Source of the DNA: a virus
Lineage: Duplodnaviria > Heunggongvirae > Uroviricota > Caudoviricetes
DNA length: 64,000 nt
Virus record (IMG/VR): IMGVR_UViG_3300042992_000089
Direction: 5' to 3' (one strand)
Shown: positions 56,364-64,000 of the stretch, one piece after another
Layout of the letters: every line of letters begins with the position of its first letter
Position numbering within the stretch: position 1 is the first letter of the stretch
Program-made: the position numbers and the translations under genes
The notes under the pieces: generated by a model
What the model was told of the DNA's origin: nothing
Databases searched by the model: none
What the model saw: only the letters and a program-made list of their open reading frames with translations

Positions 56364-58402
56364 TAGAACTACAAAATATAGATTACAAAGACTGGTTTAT
56401 AAATCAGAAGCGTATTCCTGATAAAGACTCTCAGGAGTGTAAGCCATTCTTTGACTTTCACAGAGAGCTATGTTTAAATGGAGCCATGATGGGGGGTGTT
56501 TATATCAACCCCTTTTTGTATTGGCACCTAAACATATGGCATACAGAGGTAGATGTAATAGATGAAAGAGGAAGGATTGCACAGAAATATGCCAATCCTT
56601 TTTTAAGAGATAATGAATGGCTTGTGACAAATGAAATTGACAGAGCTCAACAAGAAAAGAGGGGCTTAGTCATTCTAGGTATTAGACGTTTTGCCAAGTC
56701 AGTTTTAGAAGCATCCTATATTGCATGGGGTGCAACCTTTGATGAAAACAGTCAGAATATCATAGCAGGCTTAAATGCCCCAGATATAAAACTGATTACT
56801 GATAAGATTGACAAAGGATTGAATTTCATTCCTGAGTATTGGAGATGGCAGAGAATTGAGGACAACTGGAAGAACCAAGTGACTCTAGGTATAAAGACCA
56901 AGTCTGGTGAACGTATCCCATTCTCTTCCATTCTAATACGTAACCTTGATGAAGGTAATAATGAAGAGGCCATTGCAGGTACAAAACCACGTAAATTAAT
57001 TATAGATGAAATTGGTAAAGGAAACTTTCTTAGAGGCTTACAGGCTGCTATTCCAGGTTTCACTACACCCTATGGCTGGGGATGTAGCCCCATACTTACT
57101 GGGACTGGTGGGGACATGAAGAAATTCATGGATGCAAAGAGCTTAATGTTTGACGTAGACAACTTTAACTTCCTTACATATAATAATAGTAAAGATGACA
57201 AACGTATACATGGATTGTTCATCTCTCATAAATATAGAATGGAGGCAAAGGATGATTCTACACTAGGAGCATATTTGAATGAACCATCCACCTCAGACTT
57301 ACACAATGTAAAAATGCTTGTAAGTGATGAAGAAAAGGCAACACAGATTACTAATGATAATTTAGAAAGACTTAAGAAAGCTGGAGATAGAATAGCCTAT
57401 CTAAAAGAAAAGATGTACTATCCTCAGGAAGTGGATGACATTTTCTTAAATGAGGATACTAATATATTTGATATTGACAGTGCTAAGAGACAGAAGTTTA
57501 GATTGTTGCAACAAGAAAGAACAGGAACTCCTGTTATCTTGTTTAATGATGGAGAGAAGATAGCTCATGAGTTTACAGATAAATTACCCATCTCTAACTT
57601 CCCTCTAAAAAACTCAGACCTAAAAGAAGCACCTGTTGTTATATATGAATTCCCTGTGGATAATCCTCCTTATGGATTGTATGTAGCAGGAGTCGATCCA
57701 TATAGACAAGGTAAGTCTGCATATTCAAGTTCACTTGGATCTGTATACATATATAAAAGGATGCATGAAATTTCAGGTGAGAAGTATCAAGATATGTTCG
57801 TAGCTTCGTATTGTGCAAGACCTGATAAGAAAGAAACTTGGGAAGAACAAGCTAGACTTCTTATTAAATACTATAACGCTAGAACTTTGTGTGAGAATGA
57901 TGATATATCATTTATTGAATATATGAAGAGTAAAGGAGATGCACACTACTTAGAGAAACAACCTGAATGGCTTAAAGAGATTGTTCCTAATACCACTGTA
58001 AAAAGAGATTATGGAATTCATCGTTCAAGTCAGAAGATAATTGACTATCTTCACACCTGTTTAAAGAAGTATATGGAAGCTCCAATCTTTGTAGAGAAGA
58101 ATGACGCAGGTGAAGTGATTAGAGAAGTCTTGGGTGTGAGTAAGATATTTGATCCTGTATTGCTTGAAGAGATTATTCAATACAATGATCAAGGTAACTT
58201 TGATAGAATTATTGCTGCAGAGTTAGCAATAGCACAAGCATTAAAGATGGACCCAATAATGGGTAAGATAGGTGGTACATCAGATGAGAGAGTAGCTTCT
58301 ATGTTCAATAAGAAAAGAGGCAATATACTTTTCACTGAAGCTAGGAACAACATGTTTGGACAATCAAGAAATAAATATAAACGAAATAAATTGTTTTCAT
58401 AA
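56360..58402 (+). CDS. terL: Terminase large subunit
   Basis: GLVILGIRRFAKS is a deviant Walker A, PRKLIIDEIG is Walker B, and the C-terminal half has the terminase nuclease layout. Its size (680 aa) and position before the portal also fit. Confidence 0.8.
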   Translation: MIELQNIDYKDWFINQKRIPDKDSQECKPFFDFHRELCLNGAMMGGVYINPFLYWHLNIWHTEVDVIDERGRIAQKYANPFLRDNEWLVTNEIDRAQQEKRGLVILGIRRFAKSVLEASYIAWGATFDENSQNIIAGLNAPDIKLITDKIDKGLNFIPEYWRWQRIEDNWKNQVTLGIKTKSGERIPFSSILIRNLDEGNNEEAIAGTKPRKLIIDEIGKGNFLRGLQAAIPGFTTPYGWGCSPILTGTGGDMKKFMDAKSLMFDVDNFNFLTYNNSKDDKRIHGLFISHKYRMEAKDDSTLGAYLNEPSTSDLHNVKMLVSDEEKATQITNDNLERLKKAGDRIAYLKEKMYYPQEVDDIFLNEDTNIFDIDSAKRQKFRLLQQERTGTPVILFNDGEKIAHEFTDKLPISNFPLKNSDLKEAPVVIYEFPVDNPPYGLYVAGVDPYRQGKSAYSSSLGSVYIYKRMHEISGEKYQDMFVASYCARPDKKETWEEQARLLIKYYNARTLCENDDISFIEYMKSKGDAHYLEKQPEWLKEIVPNTTVKRDYGIHRSSQKIIDYLHTCLKKYMEAPIFVEKNDAGEVIREVLGVSKIFDPVLLEEIIQYNDQGNFDRIIAAELAIAQALKMDPIMGKIGGTSDERVASMFNKKRGNILFTEARNNMFGQSRNKYKRNKLFS

Positions 58403-60990
58403 TGGCAATTATAAGATACACGAAAGACGCAACAATTAGGTATGCCTACCTTAATATCTTCCCTGATCAGTTCAAGACTGAGAGAGAAAAGATGGATGAG
58501 AGTTGGATTAAAAACACAATGGACTATTTTGCTAACAAGGCATATGCTGAGTATGTTAAGAGCAGAGATACATTTGTTAAAAACTATGACTTAGTAAAAG
58601 GTATTCTAAGAAGAGAAGATTTTTATCAAGAACCAGAAGTAAGAAGTTTTACAGATGTGCTCACAGCAGATTTAGCTCTTCCTGCCTATGTAAAACATTA
58701 TTCTATAATGACCACTCCTATTAACGAGTTAGTAGGAGAAATCTCTAAGAGACCTGACGCATTTCGTGTCAAAGCATTTGATGATGATAGTAAAGCTGAA
58801 GAGCTTGAGTTTAAAACTCAAATGTTAAATGATTATGTAGTTAATACAGCCAAGAGAAAGATATTAGAAAAGGCTGCTATGAATGGAGAAGAGATTGAAG
58901 AGGAAGAATTAAATCAAATGACTTTAGATCAAGTTAAAGATGAATTAGACTCTTATACATCTACAGCAGAAAAGTGGGCAAACCATATTCTTACAGCTCA
59001 GAAGGCTGAGTTTAATTTAAAGGAGAAAGGAGAAGACTCTTTTAGAGATCTTTTAATTTCTGCTAGAGAGTTCTTTCACATATATGAAGATAACTCTAAG
59101 CTTGGATTTAACGTTGAGGTGGCTAATCCTAAGAACACTTGGTTCTTAACTACTCCTGATAGAAAATGGATATCTGATCCTACAGGTCGTGCACAAGGTG
59201 CATATGCTGCTGGTATTGTACAAGTTATGGAATTGTCTGAGATTATTGAATCTATCCCAGACTTAACTAAAGATGAGATTGATCACTTACGTAGTTCATT
59301 ACAAGACTATGGATTGATCAATGTACGTGAATCTAACTTGGGCAATCCTAATGCTATTCCTGGTAATGAATCTATTCAATACGATACATTTGACCCATTA
59401 GTCTTACAGACTAGAATGATTATTGAGTCTGAGATGAAACAGAATGATGATGGTCTTCAGGACTTCTTAGGACTTACATCTAATGTAAGCTCTTTTGGTT
59501 ATAAGTATGTTGTAGTAAGATCTTATTGGATTTCTAAAAAGAAGATAGGTAAAGTTATTTACTTAGATGAGATGGGTAATGAACAGTCTCAACTTGTAGA
59601 TGAAAACTATAAATCTGGAATGCTTCCTACACAACAGTCTTTAGAGTGGGGTTGGATTAACCAATGGTATCAAGGTGTTAAAATTGGTCCAGATATCTAT
59701 CATGTCAAACCTTATAACTTATTACCTTATTGTCCTATCATAGGTCAAACGTTTGAAGTGAAGAACACAGAGGCTAAGAGTCTTGTAGATATGATGAAGC
59801 CTTTCCAAGTTTTATATAATGTGTGTATGAACCAGTTATATAAATTACTTGAGAAGGAAGTAGGTAAGGTTCAGTTAATGTCTATTAGACATATTCCTAT
59901 TCCTAAAGATGGAGATGCTCAAGATGCTCTTGACATTTGGGAAATGGAAGCTCGTAACAGAGGTGTAGTATTTGTGGATGATAGTCCAGAAAACTTAAAG
60001 AGCCCAAGCTCATTTAATCAATACACTAGCTTAGACCTTACACGTACGCAGGAGATCCAAGCAAGATACACTCTAGCACAACAACTTAAGAATGAGTGTT
60101 GGGAATTAATAGGTATGTCAAGACAAAGACTTGGTGCTATACAAGCTAGTGAATCAGCTACAGCAACCAATGCAGCCATTACACAATCTTATGCTCAGAC
60201 AGAACCTTTATTTGTAGCTCATGAATATATCATGGGTCAATTATATCAATCTATTATTGATGCTGCTTTATATGTAGAAAGTTCTAAACCACAATCTACT
60301 ATTTCTTATGTAAATTCTGAAGGAGAATCTGCATTTGTTTCTGTAAATGGTTCAGACTTACGTTTTAGAGATTTAAAAATATTCTTGACTAACAGACCTG
60401 AAGATAAGCAAATGTTTAATGAAATTAGAGGTTTGTCTCAAGCTGTTCTACAAAATGGTGGTTCATTACATGACATCATTGAGCTTTATAGCACTAACTC
60501 TATTCGTCAGATGAAGAAGGTGTTCAAAACTCTTAAGAGCAGACAAGAAGAATTGGAAGTTACTAAGTTACAACAACAACAACAACAATTAGACCAACAA
60601 CAGCAACAAGCTGAAGCTCAACTGCAATTACTTCAACAACAACAAGCTGAGAAGATTGCTAATGATAATTATCAAGCTGAGCTTGATAGAATCAATAAAA
60701 AAGAAATTGCTCTTATTGCAGCAGAGGCTAAGAACATGGGACCATTGAGTGATGAAGATGCTTCTGGTGTTCCTGATGTATTGGAAATCAATAAGTTAGC
60801 TACAGAGGAATCAAAAGCTATAAAAGATTATCAAAGCAAGATGGCTGATATTCAATCTAAGAATAGGATGGCTTCACAAAAACTTGAAGTTGAAAGAGAA
60901 AAATTACAAGTGGCTAGAGAAAACCAAGCAAATGATTTAGCTATTGCTAAGGAAAATGCCAAGGGTAGAGCTGCTAAAAAACCTAAATAA
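58402..60990 (+). CDS. Portal protein candidate (862 aa) with a poly-Gln coiled-coil C-terminal region
   Basis: It lies directly after terL with a TAATG overlap. The C-terminus contains QQQQQQLDQQQQQAEAQLQLLQQQQAEK. Confidence 0.5.
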   Translation: MAIIRYTKDATIRYAYLNIFPDQFKTEREKMDESWIKNTMDYFANKAYAEYVKSRDTFVKNYDLVKGILRREDFYQEPEVRSFTDVLTADLALPAYVKHYSIMTTPINELVGEISKRPDAFRVKAFDDDSKAEELEFKTQMLNDYVVNTAKRKILEKAAMNGEEIEEEELNQMTLDQVKDELDSYTSTAEKWANHILTAQKAEFNLKEKGEDSFRDLLISAREFFHIYEDNSKLGFNVEVANPKNTWFLTTPDRKWISDPTGRAQGAYAAGIVQVMELSEIIESIPDLTKDEIDHLRSSLQDYGLINVRESNLGNPNAIPGNESIQYDTFDPLVLQTRMIIESEMKQNDDGLQDFLGLTSNVSSFGYKYVVVRSYWISKKKIGKVIYLDEMGNEQSQLVDENYKSGMLPTQQSLEWGWINQWYQGVKIGPDIYHVKPYNLLPYCPIIGQTFEVKNTEAKSLVDMMKPFQVLYNVCMNQLYKLLEKEVGKVQLMSIRHIPIPKDGDAQDALDIWEMEARNRGVVFVDDSPENLKSPSSFNQYTSLDLTRTQEIQARYTLAQQLKNECWELIGMSRQRLGAIQASESATATNAAITQSYAQTEPLFVAHEYIMGQLYQSIIDAALYVESSKPQSTISYVNSEGESAFVSVNGSDLRFRDLKIFLTNRPEDKQMFNEIRGLSQAVLQNGGSLHDIIELYSTNSIRQMKKVFKTLKSRQEELEVTKLQQQQQQLDQQQQQAEAQLQLLQQQQAEKIANDNYQAELDRINKKEIALIAAEAKNMGPLSDEDASGVPDVLEINKLATEESKAIKDYQSKMADIQSKNRMASQKLEVEREKLQVARENQANDLAIAKENAKGRAAKKPK

Positions 60991-61520
60991 TGTTTGATAA
61001 ACTGATTGAGATAATAACTAACTGGTGGTTACAACTAACTCCAGTTATTATTGTCAGAGACTATGAAGGAGCTGTATTACTAAGGTGTGGAAAATTCTAC
61101 AGTGTTCTTGAACCTGGACTACATTTTAAGATTCCTTTGTTTGATGAGGTGATAGATCACCATGTAGTAACAACTACCCTTAGTCTTGATGCTCAATCTT
61201 TATACACCTTGGACAAACAAAACATTGTTGTCAAGGGAGTTGTAAAATACAAGATAGCTGATGTAAAGATATTCCTACTTGAGGTATTTGATGCACAAGA
61301 TGCATTGTCAGACATGTCTCAAAGTATAATAAAAAACGTTATTATGTCAATGACCATGGAGGAATGTACAGATCAGGAACTTGACAACACTTTGACAAAG
61401 AAAGTTAGAGTGGAAGCTAGGAAATGGGGAGTTGAGGTTCAACAAGTTACACTTACAGACCTTGCCCCAATCAGAAGTTATAGGTTTATAAATGACAACT
61501 TTCTTAACAAATTAGATTAG
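60990..61520 (+). CDS. SPFH/band-7 (stomatin/prohibitin/HflK-like) domain protein with an N-terminal TM
   Basis: IIVRDYEGAVLLRCGKFYSVLEPGLHFKIPLFDEVIDHHVVTTTLSLDAQSLYTLDKQNIVVKGVVKYKIADVK...KWGVEVQQVTLTDLAP matches the SPFH consensus (GE.GVV.RFGK...PGLHFK.PFID.V....R...L....Q.V.TKDNV.V.VD.VV.YRI.D.........WGIEV..V.I.DI.P). Confidence 0.65.
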   Translation: MFDKLIEIITNWWLQLTPVIIVRDYEGAVLLRCGKFYSVLEPGLHFKIPLFDEVIDHHVVTTTLSLDAQSLYTLDKQNIVVKGVVKYKIADVKIFLLEVFDAQDALSDMSQSIIKNVIMSMTMEECTDQELDNTLTKKVRVEARKWGVEVQQVTLTDLAPIRSYRFINDNFLNKLD

Positions 61521-61639
61521 AGTAAAAAATATTAATGCTATATTATATTGAATAATGGTCAATATAAAGGCTCCTCTCTTTGCTATTAACTTAAGTTACT
61601 TTACTTTTACATACAAAACCAATTAAAACTCAACTACAT

Positions 61640-62923
61640 ATGGCTGAAAATCTAGATATGCCCCAAATGGGTAATTTTAGTATTCAAGATACTATGGATA
61701 TGGGAATGGGAAGTCAAGAGTTATTAAATGACTTGTTATCTCCTGATAGTGCTACATCTAACCCTGATGACATTCAGGATATTAAAGATGAACCTACACC
61801 TGCATCCACAAAGAAAACTACTTCTAAACAACCAGCTACATCAGCTCCTGCTCCAGAAGATGATAAGAAAGAAGAAGCTCCTGTAAAGGACATTCAAAGT
61901 TTCTTATATGGAGATGAAGATGATGAAGATGCTGAAGAAGATGATGACGCTCCTGCAACAGATAAAAAACCAGTTGCAAAAGGTGCTGATAATCAAGAAG
62001 ATAGTAATGAAGATGGTGAAGATGGTGAAGAAGCAGTTCCTAACCAATTCGAAGCTTTATCAAAAGATCTTTTAAAACTAGGTGTCTTTTCACAAGACGA
62101 AGATGAAGAAGAAACAGTTATTGATAGCCCTGAAGCTTTCTTGGAAAAGTTCCAAGCAGAGAAGAAAAAGGGAGCTATTGAAATAGTAAACAACTTCATT
62201 GGTCAGTTTGGAGAAGATTATCAAGAAGCATTTGATGCCATATTTGTAAAAGGAGTTAGTCCAAAAGACTACTTTAGTGCATATAATCAAATCCAATCTT
62301 TCTCTGATATGGATTTAAGCGATGAGAGTAATCAAGTTGCTGTTATTAAACAAGCATTGACAGATCAAGGATTTGAGCCTGAAGATGTTACAACAGAGAT
62401 TGAAAGACTTAAAAATTATGGTGACTTAGAAACTGTTGCTGCTAAACACCACAAAGTCTTGATAAAAAAGGAAGCGTCAAAGCTTCAACAATTAGAGCAA
62501 GATAAACAAGCTCAATTACAACAGCAACAAGCCATCAAGCAACAATACTTACAGAATGTAAACAATGTTTTACAAGAGAAGATTAAAGCTAAAGAATTTG
62601 ATGGCATACCAATTAACCCTAAATTAGCTGGTGAACTACAAGATTTCCTAGTAACAGACAAGTACAAGACAGCATCTGGAGAAACTCTCACAGACTTTGA
62701 TCGTACTATACTGGAGCTGAAACGTCCTGAGAATCATGAGAAGAAGGTCAAACTTGCTCTATTGATGAAAATCATTGAGAAAGATCCTACACTATCTACT
62801 ATTCAAAAGACAGGTATCACCAAAAAGTCTAATGAATTATTTGGTGAGGTTGCCAGACAAGCCCAGAAGAGTTCAGTGAAATCTAAACAGTCAGCTAGAC
62901 CTACTTCTTCTTGGTTTCAATAA
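61640..62923 (+). CDS. Acidic coiled-coil protein (scaffolding-protein-like)
   Basis: It has an Asp/Glu-rich N-terminal half (EDDEDAEEDDDAP...EDGEDGEE), Q-rich coiled coils, and a position between the portal and a capsid candidate. Confidence 0.4.
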   Translation: MAENLDMPQMGNFSIQDTMDMGMGSQELLNDLLSPDSATSNPDDIQDIKDEPTPASTKKTTSKQPATSAPAPEDDKKEEAPVKDIQSFLYGDEDDEDAEEDDDAPATDKKPVAKGADNQEDSNEDGEDGEEAVPNQFEALSKDLLKLGVFSQDEDEEETVIDSPEAFLEKFQAEKKKGAIEIVNNFIGQFGEDYQEAFDAIFVKGVSPKDYFSAYNQIQSFSDMDLSDESNQVAVIKQALTDQGFEPEDVTTEIERLKNYGDLETVAAKHHKVLIKKEASKLQQLEQDKQAQLQQQQAIKQQYLQNVNNVLQEKIKAKEFDGIPINPKLAGELQDFLVTDKYKTASGETLTDFDRTILELKRPENHEKKVKLALLMKIIEKDPTLSTIQKTGITKKSNELFGEVARQAQKSSVKSKQSARPTSSWFQ

Positions 62924-62958
62924 CAAATTTATATAACAAAAATTAAAAAAGTATAACA

Positions 62959-64000
62959 ATGGCAATTCAAACAATTCCAGGTTTAACTGGATTTACTTAT
63001 GCTCGTGTCGCTTCTATGGATAAGCGTGCAGTAGGTAAGTTAACTGATGCAAACCATTTAGAGAGCTTTCACTCTACAGAGCCTGCAGACTATGATAAGA
63101 AGATTATCAGTTTGTACACTCAGAGTTCTCTTTATAGTAATGACTTCTTAGACATGATCAACAAGTCTACTCCTTACTATATTGATAACAACAGTGATGC
63201 TTGGAAATGGCAAGTACAAGTTCCTTACAAATTCCCAAAAATCATTGATGTTCCTACAAGCACATTAGAATTAAACAAACCTGGTATTGATGGTCAAGAA
63301 TTCCAATTGATTATTGATACTAATGAGTTCTCTAAGAATGCAATTATTTCTGTAGGTACTCGTCAGTATGGTCCTCGTTTCTACGTAGTAAAAGATCCTG
63401 TTCCTTGGAACGTAGGTTTCTTATACACTTTCACTTTGGTGAGTGACAATCCTACAGTAGATTTCGTAAGTGCTACATTCTTACAAGTGGGTATCGAACT
63501 AGAATTAGTTGATGCTGCAATTGGTGAATTCGATCAAGACTTATTAGGTCTTCCTCGTTTAGGTGAGCAAATCACAATGTTTGAATCTTTAGGTTCTGCA
63601 TATGGTTATGAGCACAAAATCACTGAGTGGGCTGATGATAAGATGATGAGAGATACAAAAGGTAATCCATTGGATATCTTAGTATACGCTCCTCAAAGAC
63701 GTAACCAATTACCTTTAACTCGTAATGATGTTAAGTGGGAACCATTTATTGAGTTCTGGATGCGTAAGTCTATGTTAGAATTAAAAGTTAAGCGTATGAT
63801 CTGGGCTCGTCCTGGAACTGTGAAGACTAATGGTTCTAAGCAAGAATTAAAGCGTACTTCTGCTGGTGTATATCACAGAATGCGTAACAATGGTAACTTA
63901 GTACAGTACAACAGAGGTGAGTTCACTGCGAACTTAATTCGTTCTGTATTTGGTGACTTATTCTACAGACGTGTGGATGTTAAAGACAGACGTGTTAAAA
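62959..64000 (+). CDS. Structural protein, candidate major capsid protein (3' partial)
   Basis: The ATG at 62959 (MAIQTIPGLTGFTYARV...) opens a frame that stays open to the window end. I call it from position in the head module only. Confidence 0.3.
   Translation, partial: MAIQTIPGLTGFTYARVASMDKRAVGKLTDANHLESFHSTEPADYDKKIISLYTQSSLYSNDFLDMINKSTPYYIDNNSDAWKWQVQVPYKFPKIIDVPTSTLELNKPGIDGQEFQLIIDTNEFSKNAIISVGTRQYGPRFYVVKDPVPWNVGFLYTFTLVSDNPTVDFVSATFLQVGIELELVDAAIGEFDQDLLGLPRLGEQITMFESLGSAYGYEHKITEWADDKMMRDTKGNPLDILVYAPQRRNQLPLTRNDVKWEPFIEFWMRKSMLELKVKRMIWARPGTVKTNGSKQELKRTSAGVYHRMRNNGNLVQYNRGEFTANLIRSVFGDLFYRRVDVKDRRVK

Noticed and set aside
56489-56518. GGGGGGTG...CAACCCC hairpin-like sequence inside terL
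   Set aside because: It is an imperfect stem within a coding region and encodes MMGGVYINPF. I have no reason to assign it a function.

Overview
This window looks like a large AT-rich tailed dsDNA phage (Caudoviricetes), either a free phage genome or a prophage. I base that on a terminase large subunit, a portal-sized protein, a lysis cassette with a GH19 endolysin, and a long minus-strand replication and nucleotide-metabolism module. That module encodes RecA/UvsX, dUTPase, ribonucleotide reductase, a UNG-like protein, a family B DNA polymerase, a DnaB-like helicase, an SF2 helicase, a Sak4-like ATPase, an HNH endonuclease, a SET-domain protein and an Hsp90-like GHKL ATPase. Genes are tightly packed with frequent TAATG or ATGA stop/start overlaps and almost no Shine-Dalgarno sequences. 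Several TAnnTTTG boxes sit about 12-25 nt upstream of start codons, so I infer a Bacteroidota-type host; this is inference only.

The window runs from the 3' part of a collagen-like fiber gene, through the replication module, into the packaging and head module (TerL, portal, SPFH protein, scaffold-like protein, 5' part of a candidate capsid gene). Strand switches occur at about 5600 (convergent), 13240 (divergent), 23440 (convergent, with a terminator) and 53700-54190 (divergent, 500 nt G-rich repeat region).

The most unusual content is:
- Three Ser/Thr-rich Gly-X-Y collagen-like fiber proteins. Two carry C1q/BclA-like jelly-roll domains; one has a GPQ/GPT collagen tract and a C-terminal S74-type intramolecular chaperone.
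- An adjacent post-translational modification locus next to those fiber genes: a prolyl-4-hydroxylase-like 2OG-Fe(II) oxygenase, two further 2OG-oxygenase-like proteins, and seven to eight glycosyltransferases including GT9 and TibC-like heptosyltransferases. A hexapeptide acetyltransferase sits in a second sugar-modification cluster.
- A tandem array of seven lysine-rich, histone-H1-like disordered paralogs, plus two to three more small basic ORFs, encoded in the same genome as a viral SET-domain protein and an HU-like protein.
- Poly-threonine C-terminal tails on four proteins.
- A UNG-family protein with its catalytic Asp replaced by Cys.
- A membrane-anchored SPFH/band-7 protein inside the head module.

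I found no rRNA, tRNA, CRISPR array or integrase.
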